From an uncultured Candidatus Rokubacteria bacterium (GTDB taxonomy: Bacteria; Methylomirabilota; Methylomirabilia; Rokubacteriales; CSP1-6), in contig CAWHBD010000001.1 in the NCBI GenBank assembly GCA_963827505.1, forward strand, positions 2,731,006-2,795,005: DNA of 64,000 nucleotides, in the 5' to 3' direction. Below are positions 18,671 through 28,659 of this stretch, piece by piece. How positions within the stretch are numbered: position 1 is the stretch's first letter; each line of letters starts with the position of its first letter. Below the pieces are notes generated by a model that searched no databases, had not been told where the DNA came from, and worked only from the letters and a program-made list of their open reading frames with translations. Made by a program: the position numbers and the translations under genes.

Positions 18671-21052
18671 TCAGGAGGCGCCGAGCGCCCGCAGGGCCTC
18701 GCGAGCCAGCGCGGAGTCGGGCTGCTCGGCCAGCAACCGGCGGTACTCGGCGATGGCCTCGTCCCGCCGTCCCAGCCCCTCCAGCGCCCGGGCCAGGTTG
18801 AAGCGGGCGTCGGCGAGGGCCGGCAGGCGATCCAGCGCGAGCCGGGCGGCCGCGTGGGCGTCGGCGGGGCGGCCGATCTGCAGGTAGGCCGCGGCCAGGT
18901 TCGAGGCGGCGAGCGCACGCGCCTCGTCGGCGCCGTGCCAATCGGCGACGAGGGCCTGGCGCAGCGGCTCGACCGCCTCGGCCGGCCGGCGCGCGGCAAG
19001 CGCCACGTAGCCGACCTGTGCGCGGAGCACGCCGAAGCGAGGGTAGAGCGCGGCACCGCGGGTCACGTAGTCGCGGGCGCGCTCGAGATCGCCGACGGTC
19101 AGCGCGGCGTTGACGGCGTCGGCGTAGAAGTACGCGTTGTTGGGGTCCATGGCCAGCGCGCGGTCGAACTGCGCGAACGCCGCGGCTCCACCGCCCTCAG
19201 CAAGATCGGCCAGCACGCGGCCGAGGTTGGCGTGGTTGTACGAGTTCGCCGGCACCAGCCGCAGCGCGCGCTCGTACGCCATCCGCGCCTGGTCCAGCGC
19301 CCGGGCCCGCGCCGCCGCCTCGGGCGTCAGCCGCGCCTGCGCGTGGGCGGCGGTGCCGAGCTTCACCCAGTACAGCTCGGTGACGGGGTCGAGCGCGATG
19401 GCACGCTGCAGGCGCTCGACGGCCGGCGCCGGCTGGGTCGGCGTGAGCAGGACCCCCTGCTGGGCGGCCCAGGCGGCGGCGAGCGGCCGCAGCACGACGA
19501 CGACGAGCAGGACAGCGCCCGCCAGACTGCCCACCGCCAGCGCCGTCCGGCCTCCGGAGGACCGCGGCCGCACGGCCACCGCGGGCGAGTGGCCGAGCCG
19601 GTCGAGCACGAACGCCACGCCGGCCATTCCCACCAGCGCGGCCACGACGACGAGTCCCCCGATCACCCGGCCCGGCTCGTCGAGCAGCAGCTCGAAGGAC
19701 ACGTTGTGGATGAGGCCGCCGACCGCCAGCACGACCACAACGACGAGCGTGACGGCAAACGCCGGCTGGCGGTCGCGGGGCGGCGCCGGAGTCGCGGCCG
19801 GCCGGGCCAGGCGTGAGAGCAGCGCGGCCTGGGTGACGACCAGCGTGCCGCAGCCGGCGACCGTGAAGCTGAAGAGATCCTGGACGGCGAAGGCCATGGC
19901 CCCGGCGGCCAGGACGACGATCAGCAGCCGGTCCTCCCCGCCTCGCCACGCGCGCCACGCGGCCAGCACGAGGCCGACGACGAGCACCAGCCCCGCGAGG
20001 CCGCCGAGCATGCCCTGCGTGGCCAGCAGGTTGAGCGCCTCGTTGTGGGCGCGCGTGGGGCTGGCGTTCCACTCCAGCGCCCAGTAGGCCGCCGTGCGCT
20101 GGCTCGCGAACGCGAGCTGGAAGGTGTCGAGCCCGCTGCCCGCCACCGGGTGCTCGCGGAAGATTCCCCACGCCGCCGCCCAGATGTGCTGGCGGCTGAC
20201 CGAGTCGCCGAGCTGGCGTACGCGCTGGAGCAGCCCGGCCAGGACCAGGCCGCCGCCCGGCGCCGCGACGGCCAGCAGCGCCAGCGCGGCCACGGTGCCA
20301 CCGGCGGCGGCGCCGGCGGCGAGCGCAGCCCGCCAGTGGCCGGCCGCCAGCGCGCCGGTCACGAGGACGAGCGCGGCGGCCGCCAGCGCCAGCCAGGCGC
20401 CGCGGGAGACCGCGACCGCCACCGTCGTCCCCGCCGCCACGGCCACGATGGCGAGAGCGCCGGCCGCGACGCGGCGCCGGTGGCCGAGCGTGCGCGCGAG
20501 CGCGTAGACGACCAGCGGCAGCGCCATGGCCAGGTACGCCGCCAGGAAGTTCGGGTGGCCGAGCGTCGCGAACGGGCGCACGAGACCGCCGTGCCCGGCC
20601 ACCCGCGCATACAGGATGGGATCGATGCCGGCGACCTGCACCAGCGCATAGACGGCCGCGCCCGCCGCGGCCACCACCGGCGCTAGCAGCAACCGACGAG
20701 CGTCGTCGAGCCCCTCGCACAGGGCCCGAGTGGCCAGGAAAAGCACGGCGTAGCCGAGGAGCGTCGTCAGCCCGAAGTTGCTCTCGTGAGCGCCTAGCAG
20801 CGAGGTCCACGGGCTGATGGACGCCAGCGTGGAGACGACCGCCGAGGCCAGGAAGAGCGCGACGCCCAGGACCAGCGGGTCGCCGGCGAGGGCCCCGGGG
20901 CCGCCGGCCAGCGCCCGCGGGGCCAACGCGCCGAGGACGATGGCCGCCACCAGCAGCAGCGCGACCTTGTTGTACTCGAACGCCTCGATCGTGGCACGAG
21001 AGAAGACGAGCGGCGACAGCGCGAGGTGCCCGAAGAGCACGGCACGACCCAC
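18671..21052 (-). CDS. O-antigen ligase family membrane protein with C-terminal TPR repeats
   Basis: ATLGHPNFLAAYL, SRGAWL, GSGLDTF and AHNEALNLLATQG, followed by TPR-like helices. Confidence 0.82.
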   Translation of the reverse strand: MGRAVLFGHLALSPLVFSRATIEAFEYNKVALLLVAAIVLGALAPRALAGGPGALAGDPLVLGVALFLASAVVSTLASISPWTSLLGAHESNFGLTTLLGYAVLFLATRALCEGLDDARRLLLAPVVAAAGAAVYALVQVAGIDPILYARVAGHGGLVRPFATLGHPNFLAAYLAMALPLVVYALARTLGHRRRVAAGALAIVAVAAGTTVAVAVSRGAWLALAAAALVLVTGALAAGHWRAALAAGAAAGGTVAALALLAVAAPGGGLVLAGLLQRVRQLGDSVSRQHIWAAAWGIFREHPVAGSGLDTFQLAFASQRTAAYWALEWNASPTRAHNEALNLLATQGMLGGLAGLVLVVGLVLAAWRAWRGGEDRLLIVVLAAGAMAFAVQDLFSFTVAGCGTLVVTQAALLSRLARPAATPAPPRDRQPAFAVTLVVVVVLAVGGLIHNVSFELLLDEPGRVIGGLVVVAALVGMAGVAFVLDRLGHSPAVAVRPRSSGGRTALAVGSLAGAVLLVVVVLRPLAAAWAAQQGVLLTPTQPAPAVERLQRAIALDPVTELYWVKLGTAAHAQARLTPEAAARARALDQARMAYERALRLVPANSYNHANLGRVLADLAEGGGAAAFAQFDRALAMDPNNAYFYADAVNAALTVGDLERARDYVTRGAALYPRFGVLRAQVGYVALAARRPAEAVEPLRQALVADWHGADEARALAASNLAAAYLQIGRPADAHAAARLALDRLPALADARFNLARALEGLGRRDEAIAEYRRLLAEQPDSALAREALRALGAS

Positions 21053-21078
21053 CGCGCCCGGCCACTCCCGCGCGGGGG

Positions 21079-21597
21079 CTATCGCGTCAGCCTCGCCAGG
21101 ATCTCGTCGAAGGCCTTGTCGGCCAGAGCCCGGACCTCGTCACGCGTGAGCGGCTGGATGGGATGCGCGACCACGACCGTCTTGTAGGCGGCCGCCCCCA
21201 GCGCGGCCGCCTGGGCGGTCGCCGCCCGCACGAACTCGGCGGAGATGACCGTGGCCGTGGGAATACCCTGCTCCTCGAAGAACACGCCGTCGTGCACACT
21301 GCACGTCGTGCAGGACCCTCAATCGGCGAGGGCCTCGACGAGGACGTCGGTCGCGCTGAGAATCTCCCGGCGCAAGGCGACGGGCGCGGGCCGGGCGAAG
21401 GTCGGCTTCTTCTTGCGGACGATCGCCTTCACGCCGGTGCGCTCGCGCAGCAGTTCCTCCAGGCGGTCGAGCAGGTGATCGCTCTTGGCCTTGGCGATGT
21501 CGAGCAGCGTCACCACCTTGCCGTCCAGGCTCGCCGGCCGGGGCGCGGTCGGGCGGGGAACGGCGACGGAGTCGGTCGGGTCGAGGTAGTCGGTCAT
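21079..21597 (-). CDS. UGSC-family selenoprotein (TGA at 21319-21321 read as Sec), 172 aa
   Basis: The two track ORFs are in frame and join as ALAD-U-GSCTTCSVHD. Confidence 0.85.
21291..21313 (-). promoter_or_regulatory. Candidate bacterial SECIS hairpin(s) downstream of the UGA
   Basis: CGTGCA-GTG-TGCACG with loop G 20 nt after the UGA; alternative stem CTGCAC-GAC-GTGCAG. Confidence 0.5.
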
Positions 21598-22706
21598 CGG
21601 ATTTTCCTCATCACGAGGTTTGAGCCCTTCGAGAACGACCAGCCGGCCACGACGGCCGAGAACCGGCCGGCGCTGCCGCCGGCGACCACGATCTGGATGT
21701 GCTCGGGCTTGCGAAACTTGGGGATCAGCGTCTCGTCGTGCTCGGGGTCCGTGAACTTCCGCAGGACGTGCTCGGGCAGCCCGTCACCACCGTCGCGGCC
21801 GGGCACCAGTACCCGCACCGGCTTGTGCAGGCGCTCGAACAGGAAGCGCCGGACGTCCGCCTTGTGCCAGCCGTCGCCGGCGATGATCGCCGCGTGCTCC
21901 GGCGAGAGCACCAGCAGCGTGTCGCCCCAGTGGGTCATCTTGTGGTTCTCGATTACCGCCATGCTGGCCGCGATGGTCGCGCACAGGTCGGGGGCGGTGC
22001 GGCTGCGCTGGTCGTACACGGTGAGCGGCGCGTCGGCCGCCAGCAAGGCCACCGTGTCGTCGGTCGGCGCGAAGCCGTGCTCGACGGCCAGCGACTCCCA
22101 CGGGCTCGCCTCCTCCCGCTCGCCGATGCAGTACGTGTAGCGGCCCGGATGGGCCAGCGTCGACATGCTGACCACGCCCGGCACCGCCCCGCCGAGATTC
22201 ACGCACACGAAGCGCAGCGCGCGGCCGATCGTCGCGTTGGCCCGCCAGCCGGGCCCGAAGACCCCGGCCCCGCAGTTGACGTCGAGGCGGTGACGGATCG
22301 GGCCGTTGACGATCACCAGCGGCGCCGGCGCGTTCGTCGTCGCCGACACGCCGTGCAGGTCGAACGCCTCGTCGCATACCGCCTCCACCGCCGCGATCAC
22401 CACCGGCAGGTACTGCGGGAGGCAGCCGGCCATCACCGCATTGATGGCGATCTTCTCGACGGTCGCGCGGCCGTAGTTGGGCGGCACCAGGGCGATCAGC
22501 TCGTCGGCCGGCCGGCCGAGGGCGTCGAGGGCGCGCTGCACGCGCTCGCGCGTGGGTGGCACGACGGGCAAGCCGTCGGTCAGGCCCCGGGCATAGAGCT
22601 CCTCGACGGGGTCGGGTGGAGCGGGAGGACTCGACGCGGCCGACCGAGCTACGGCGATCTTCGCGCGGCGAGTGGGGCCGCGGCCGGCCGCGGTCTTGCG
22701 AGGCAT
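21594..22706 (-). CDS. UGSC-associated protein (large partner subunit)
   Basis: TDGLPVVPPT, KIAINAVMAGC, GPGWRANATIGRAL and HPGRYTYCIGE, a family that typically precedes UGSC genes. Overlaps the UGSC start. Confidence 0.75.
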   Translation of the reverse strand: MPRKTAAGRGPTRRAKIAVARSAASSPPAPPDPVEELYARGLTDGLPVVPPTRERVQRALDALGRPADELIALVPPNYGRATVEKIAINAVMAGCLPQYLPVVIAAVEAVCDEAFDLHGVSATTNAPAPLVIVNGPIRHRLDVNCGAGVFGPGWRANATIGRALRFVCVNLGGAVPGVVSMSTLAHPGRYTYCIGEREEASPWESLAVEHGFAPTDDTVALLAADAPLTVYDQRSRTAPDLCATIAASMAVIENHKMTHWGDTLLVLSPEHAAIIAGDGWHKADVRRFLFERLHKPVRVLVPGRDGGDGLPEHVLRKFTDPEHDETLIPKFRKPEHIQIVVAGGSAGRFSAVVAGWSFSKGSNLVMRKIR

Positions 22707-22741
22707 GGGCAGAGGCTAACACAGGCAGGTATGCTGGCCGT

Positions 22742-23716
22742 ATGCGGCGCCCTCGCGCGCTCCTGGCGGTCGTGGCGGCGCTGCTCGTCGGCTGCGCCGC
22801 CGCGCCCGCGACCGTCGACCCGGGCGCCTGGCAGGCTCCGGCCGGGCGCGCGCATCCGCTCGTCGGCAAGATCTGGGACACACGGGCGCAGCGCTTCGTG
22901 TCCTCCGACGCGGTGGTGGCGGGGCTAACCCGCGCGCGCTACGTGCTGCTCGGTGAGCGCCACGACAACCCCGACCATCACCGTGTGCAGGCCGCGCTCG
23001 TGCGCGCGCTGCTGGCGGCTGGCCGGCGGCCGGCGGTGGCGTTCGAGATGTTCACCGCGGACGACGCGACCGCCATCGCCCGGCACCTGACGATCGCGCC
23101 GCGCGATGCGGCCGGGCTGGCCGTGGCCGTCGACTGGAAGCGCTCGGGGTGGCCCGACTGGGCCCACTACGAGCCGATCGCGCAGGCCGCGCTGGACTTC
23201 GGCCTGCCGATCGTCGCCGGCAACCTGGCACCCTCGACAGCACGGGCGCTGGCGCGGGGCGACCGCGGGGCCTTGCCGGGCCGCCTGGCCGAGCAGCACG
23301 CCCTCGACCGGCCAATTCCGGACGGCGGGCAGGCGGCGCTCACCGCCGAGATCGCCGAGGCCCACTGCGGCGCCGTCCCCGCCGAGCGCCTGGAGGGCAT
23401 GGTCCTCGCTCAGCGCGCTCGCGACGCCACGCTCGCCGAGAGCATGCTGACGGCCTCCGGCGACGGCGCCGTGCTGATCACGGGCACCGGCCACGCCCGG
23501 GCGGATCGGGGCGTGCCGATCTACCTGCGCGCACGCGCGCCGGGCGCCACGATCGCCACGCTGGCCCCGCTCGAGGTGCGCGAGGGCTGGACGCGACCGG
23601 AGGACTACGCGGGGGCATACGGGGGGCGGCTGCCGTTCGACTGGGTGTGGTTCACGCCGCGGATGGGCGACGGCGACCCCTGCAGCGGCGTCAAGCGCCC
23701 TCCCGCGCGGAGCTGA
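22742..23716 (+). CDS. ChaN/DUF399 family lipoprotein (heme-uptake-like)
   Basis: Lipobox LVGC, LLGERHDNPDHH, VAFEMF, QRARDATLA, ITGTGHA. Confidence 0.82.
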   Translation: MRRPRALLAVVAALLVGCAAAPATVDPGAWQAPAGRAHPLVGKIWDTRAQRFVSSDAVVAGLTRARYVLLGERHDNPDHHRVQAALVRALLAAGRRPAVAFEMFTADDATAIARHLTIAPRDAAGLAVAVDWKRSGWPDWAHYEPIAQAALDFGLPIVAGNLAPSTARALARGDRGALPGRLAEQHALDRPIPDGGQAALTAEIAEAHCGAVPAERLEGMVLAQRARDATLAESMLTASGDGAVLITGTGHARADRGVPIYLRARAPGATIATLAPLEVREGWTRPEDYAGAYGGRLPFDWVWFTPRMGDGDPCSGVKRPPARS

Positions 23717-23766
23717 CGACGGCGGGAGCCGACAGCACCGGCACGCCGCACGGCCGAGGGCGCGGT

Positions 23767-24493
23767 CTAGCCGCGACAGGCGCGGAAGTTGGCGTAGTCG
23801 CCGGCGGCGGTGGACTTCGTGTCGTCGGCGTCGGTGAGGACGGCGATCCCGCCGGGCTTGGGGGTCTCGGACGCCTTGAACGACGCCTGCCAGTCCTCGA
23901 GGACGTTGACACGCTCCTCGACCCAGGCCTCCGTCGACGCTGGCCGGCCGCTGCGCAGCACCCGCACCTGGGTGAGGCCGCCATTGGACGTCAGGTGGCG
24001 TGCCGACCGGCACCTTCTCGCTCCAGACGTACTTCACCGCCTGGGGTCCGCGGACCTTCGAGTAGGGAACGGCCATGTAGACGGCGAGCGCGCTGTCGTT
24101 GGTGCTCCGACTTACGCTCGTCGGCGCCGCGTGGGGAACTCGCGCGGCCGCCACGACCAGGCCAGGATGGGATGGGCCCCGAGGTCCCACTGTTCTGTCT
24201 CGCGCGCGGCCTGGATGCCGAGGCCGCGGGACAGGGCGCGGAGGAAGTGCCGCCCGCCCTCCTCGCCACGCGGTAGACGTCCTTGCCCTCGTCCTTGCGC
24301 GGCTTCCAGCCGGAGGGAAACTCGCCGACCTTGGCCTTCGAGAAGTCGTCGAGCGACGATGCAGTCGTCGGGCCGACCGGCGCGCGGCCTGCGCGAGGGC
24401 CAGGCCGGCGGCGAGGAACAGGGCGAGCAGGACGAGGACACGCACACCTGACGGCAAGAGCAAGCGCCGGGCCAGCGGCCGGGCAACGACCAC
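23767..24493 (-). pseudogene. DUF3047 family exported protein, broken by several frameshifts (possibly sequencing indels)
   Basis: Fragments in different frames: PILAWSWRP, NDSALAVY, AVKYVWSEKVPVGT, WVEERVNVLEDW, GIAVLTDADDT. Confidence 0.7.
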
Positions 24494-24494
24494 G

Positions 24495-25911
24495 CTAGTG
24501 GCCCCGACGCCACCAGTGGTGCACGAGATTATCGACCACCTCGCCGAGCTGGCCGATGGTGCGGCACTCGCGCACGATGTCGCAGGCCGGCGCGTACATC
24601 GGCATCACGCTGTCGCCGATGCCCCAGCCCCACTGGCCCTCGGGATTGAGCCAGATGATGCCCTTCACGCGCTCGCGGATCTGTCGCATCGCCCACGCCT
24701 GGGGGTCGTTGTAGTTGTTGCGGGCGTCGCCCAGCAGCAGGATCGGTCGTCTTGCGGTCGAGCGACTCCAGCTCGGTGGTGGCGAAGCGGCTGAACGCGT
24801 AGCCGAAGTCCGAGCGGCAGTGGTAGTCGACCGGCGCGCCCTTGAGCGCCCACTCGATGGCCCGCTCGACCGGGTGGGTCGCTGAACGCGCCTGGTGACC
24901 TCGGCGATCTCGGAGACGAACACGTAGGAGCGCACGCGGCTGAAGCACTCCTGCAGGCTCCACACGAGCTGCAGCATGAAGCGGGAGGCGTTGCGCACCG
25001 AGTCGGAGACGTCGCAGATGGTGATGAGCTTCGGCTTCTCCCGGTGCCGGCGTTTGAGGAAGATCTCCATCGGGATGCCGCCGTACTGGAGGCTCTTGCG
25101 GGTCGTGCGCCGGGTGTCGATGCGGCCCTTCTGCTCCTGCCGCTGGCGCAGGGCCAGCGCGTCCTTGATCCGGCGGGCGAGCCGGGCCACGACCGTTCTT
25201 CATCTGCGCGACCTCGTCGGGGGTCAGCGCGAAGAGCGGCTTGTCGGCGAGGACCTCGCGCGTGAGCTTCTCGCCCGGCCCGGTAGGCCCGGCGCTCCAG
25301 CTCGCGCTCCACGTGCTGACGGATCATGCGGCGGAAGGCCTCCAGCCGCAGCTCCAGGTAGTTGCGGATGCGGGCGAGCTGGCCGGGGTCGAGGCCCCGC
25401 GCCTCCAGGGCCTGCATGATGCTGCTCGATGTCGCGCTCGATGGCCGACCAGTCGAACTGGTCGGAGATGCGGCGGCAGAAGTAGCCGACCTGCAGGAAG
25501 TACATCAGCCGCTCGAGGCCGGCGCTCTGGGCGCCACCCCGGATGGCCATCTCCATCTCGCTCCCCTGCCCGCGCATGAGCAGCTCGGTCAGCTCGTCGA
25601 GCTCGAGGTCCTCCTCGTTGGCCAGCCGGTCGAGCAGATCCTGCACCTTCGGGATCCTCGGGGCCGAGCGCCTTCTTGAGCCCCTCGCCGAGCGCCTCGA
25701 GGTCGAGGAAGTAGAGGTTGAAGATCCGGTTGAAGGTCTCCTGGTCACGGGCCTCCTTGACCAGCGTGGAGGCGAGCGTGGCCTTGAAGGTCTCGCGGTC
25801 GGTCAGGCCGACCTCGGCGCTCGCCGCCAGGGCGTCGAGCGCCTCGGCGGTCGAGATGCGGATCTCGGCCCGCCGCAGGTCGCCGATGAACTCGAGGATC
25901 CGTTCTTCCAT
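24495..25911 (-). pseudogene. CoxE-like VWA-domain protein with multiple frameshifts (possibly sequencing indels)
   Basis: FIGDLRRAEIRISTAE, ICDVSDSV (MIDAS-like), LLLGDARNNY and IWLNPE fragments lie in alternating frames. Confidence 0.8.
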
Positions 25912-25915
25912 CGTC

Positions 25916-26833
25916 CTAGGCCGGGGTGTCCGCGAGGACCTTGTCGAGGGCGCCCTTGACGCGCTCGATGTCCTTCTCGTACTTCACGAGCATCGTCAGC
26001 GTGGACTCGACCAGGGCGGGGTCCAGCTCCTTGGCGTTGAGGATCACCAGCGAGCGGGCCCAGTCGATCGACTCCGAGACGGACGGCGGCTTGCGCAGCT
26101 CCAGCGTGCGGATCTTCTGCACGGCCGCCACCACCGCCTGGGCCAGCCGCTCCGGCGCCTCCGGCACCTTGAGCCGGATGATCTCCAGCTCGTCGGCGGG
26201 GGCGGGAAAGTCGATGAACAGGTGCAGGCAGCGGCGCTTGAGGCCGTCGCTCAGCTCGCGCGCGTTGTTGGAGGTGAGCACGACCAGGGGGATGTGCCTC
26301 GCCTTGATGGTGCCGAGCTCGGGGATCGAGACCTGGAAGTCGGACAGCACCTCCAGCAGGAACGCCTCGAACTCCGGCTCTGCCTTGTCGATCTCGTCGA
26401 TCAGCAGCACGACCGGGTCGTCGGACCGGATCGCCTGCAGCAGCGGGCGCGGGGACAGGAAGCGGTACGAGAAGAACGCGTCGTCTTGGCCGGCGATGCG
26501 CGACACCGCCTCCGGCAGCGAGGGCGCGTCGGCGATCAGCTCGCCGATGCGCTCGCGCAGGAGCTGGGTGTAGAGCAGCTGCTTGGCGTACTTCCACTCG
26601 TAGAGCGCCTTGCCCTCGTCGAGTCCCTCGTAGCACTGCAGCCGGATGAGGGGCCGCTGGGTGACGTCGGCCAGCGTCTTGGCCAGCTCGGTCTTGCCGA
26701 CGCCGGCCGGGCCTTCGATGAGCACCGGCCGTCCCATGCGCGCGGCGAGGAACATGACGGTCGAGATGCGGCGGTTGGAGATGTAGCGCGCGTCGCGGAA
26801 CTGCCGCTGGACGTCTTCCACGGACTCGAACAT
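25916..26833 (-). CDS. MoxR-family AAA+ ATPase (CoxD-like)
   Basis: EGPAGVGKTE, RLQCYEGLD, LLIDEIDKA, LTSNNARELSDGLKRRC. Confidence 0.92.
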   Translation of the reverse strand: MFESVEDVQRQFRDARYISNRRISTVMFLAARMGRPVLIEGPAGVGKTELAKTLADVTQRPLIRLQCYEGLDEGKALYEWKYAKQLLYTQLLRERIGELIADAPSLPEAVSRIAGQDDAFFSYRFLSPRPLLQAIRSDDPVVLLIDEIDKAEPEFEAFLLEVLSDFQVSIPELGTIKARHIPLVVLTSNNARELSDGLKRRCLHLFIDFPAPADELEIIRLKVPEAPERLAQAVVAAVQKIRTLELRKPPSVSESIDWARSLVILNAKELDPALVESTLTMLVKYEKDIERVKGALDKVLADTPA

Positions 26834-26855
26834 GCAGGCTCCTCGTCGCTCAAAG

Positions 26856-26869
26856 TGAATGCCCGTTCA
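26856..26869. promoter_or_regulatory. Palindromic operator directly downstream of a TACAAT -10 of moxR
   Basis: TGAATGCCCGTTCA; minus-strand TACAAT at 26869-26874. Confidence 0.6.
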
Positions 26870-26897
26870 TTGTACCCGAAGGCGCCGACCTCGATCG

Positions 26898-27477
26898 TCA
26901 CCGGCTGCGGCCCCCACCGCGAATCATCCGGTCGCGAATCTCCTCCTGGGTGCGATCGGCCGGCCGATCGTCCGCGGCGCGGCGGCGGCGCGTCCGGCGG
27001 CGAGCCGCGCAGGAGGTCCAGCACGCGGGCGCCCACGCCCTTCTTCTCCCCGGGGGTCGTAACCGGTGCCGGGTCGGGCGGGGCGACTCCGCCCGGCGTC
27101 GCCCGGGCCGCGTCGGGCCACAGCGTGGCGACATCCTGCACCAGCGCGTCGGGCTCGACGCGGGCGTCGCTCGCAATCTCGCCCCACGGGGCGCCCGTGC
27201 GTCGGGCGGCGAATACCTTCTCGATCGGATGGCCGCCGCGGCTGGCGATCCGGTGCGAGATGAACAGATCGCCCCAGCCCAGCCGCGTGCCCGCCCGCTC
27301 CGCCCGCAGCGCGTCGGACGTGGTGCCCAGGAACTTCGCCATGTGCTCCACCGCGGCCGGCTCGGCCGCCGGCGTGATCGCGCGATCGACGCCGCCGGCG
27401 ACGGCATCAAGTCGATCCTGGGCGGCCGCCGGTCGCGCCGCCAGCACGAGGATGAGCAGCGCCAGCGCTCTCACCAT
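26898..27477 (-). CDS. Exported hypothetical protein, one frameshift near 26990
   Basis: Signal peptide MVRALALLILVLAARPAAA, LGWGDL and PWGEIA segments. The C-terminus continues in another frame. Confidence 0.55.
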
Positions 27478-27558
27478 CACCACGTCACCGTCACCTCCAT
27501 GCCCGTGATGCGCGCCCGCCGAAGTATGCCGCGCCCGCCCGGTATGTACAATGCGCGC

Positions 27559-28659
27559 ATGCCCGAGCCGACCCAGGCCGCGCGCTATCACCGCCGGCAG
27601 CTCTGGCTCGGGCTGGCCGGCTTCGCGCTCGGTTTCGTATATCTCGTGGTCATCCTCGCCTCGGGCGCAGCCGCCGCGCTGGCCGAGACGGTGGCGGTCC
27701 GCGTCGACGCGTGGTGGGCGCGCGTGGCCGCGGTAGCCGTGGCCCTGGCAGCGGGCCGGGCGCTGCTCGGATTGCCCCTGGCGTGGGCGCGCGGGTTCTG
27801 GCTCCCGCGGCGGTACGGCCTGTTGCACCAGCCACTCGGCTCGTGGCTCGCCGACCGCGCCAAGGCGGCCGTGCTCGGCGGCGCGCTGGCCGTGGGCGGC
27901 GTCGTGGTGCTGTACGCGTTGATCCGCACGACCGCGTGGTGGTGGCTGGTCGGCACCGCCGTGTTCCTCGTCGTCGGGATCGGGCTCGCGGCGCTGTTCC
28001 CGATCGTCGTGGTCCCGCTCTTCTACCATCTCACCCGCCTCGGCGACCCCGCGTTGGAGCGCCGGCTGCTCGGGCTGGCCGAGCGGGCCGGGGTCGCCGC
28101 CATCGGCGTGTGGATCGTGGACCAGTCGCGCAAGAGCCGCACGGCCAACGCCGGCGTCGTCGGCCTCGGCCGCACGCGTCGCATCATCCTCTTCGACACG
28201 CTGGCCACCGGATTCCGCGAGGAGGAGGTCGAGGCCGTGCTGGCCCACGAGCTGGCCCACCACGTTCACGGCGACACCTGGCGCGGGCTCGTCCTGCAGG
28301 GCGTGCTGACGCTGGTGACCTTCTGGGCGGCCGCGTGGCTGCTCGACGCCGGGGTCGCGTGGTGGGGGCTGGCGGGGCCGGCCGATCCAGCCGGGCTGGC
28401 CTGGCTGGAGCTCGTGCTCACAGTTCTGGGGGCGCTCCAGCTCCCGCTCACCAACAGCTTCTCTCGCCGGATCGAGCGACAGGCCGACGACTTCGCGCTC
28501 GGCCTCACCCGCGACCCGGCGGCGTTCATCGGCGCCATGGAGCGGCTCGGCGACCTGAACCTCGCCGAGCGCCGGCCGCACCGCCTCGAGGAATGGTTGC
28601 TCTACTCGCACCCCGCGCTCGATCGCCGCATCGAGCGCGCCAGAGGAGAAGCCGCATGA
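27559..28659 (+). CDS. M48 (Ste24-like) membrane zinc metalloprotease
   Basis: SRTANAGVVG, LAHELAHH, SRRIERQADDFA, YSHPALDRRI. Confidence 0.9.
   Translation: MPEPTQAARYHRRQLWLGLAGFALGFVYLVVILASGAAAALAETVAVRVDAWWARVAAVAVALAAGRALLGLPLAWARGFWLPRRYGLLHQPLGSWLADRAKAAVLGGALAVGGVVVLYALIRTTAWWWLVGTAVFLVVGIGLAALFPIVVVPLFYHLTRLGDPALERRLLGLAERAGVAAIGVWIVDQSRKSRTANAGVVGLGRTRRIILFDTLATGFREEEVEAVLAHELAHHVHGDTWRGLVLQGVLTLVTFWAAAWLLDAGVAWWGLAGPADPAGLAWLELVLTVLGALQLPLTNSFSRRIERQADDFALGLTRDPAAFIGAMERLGDLNLAERRPHRLEEWLLYSHPALDRRIERARGEAA

Noticed and set aside
21079-21297. Independent 72-aa protein starting at GTG 21297
   Set aside because: It is better explained as the C-terminal half of the Sec read-through product, since a start there would cut through the UGSCxxC motif.
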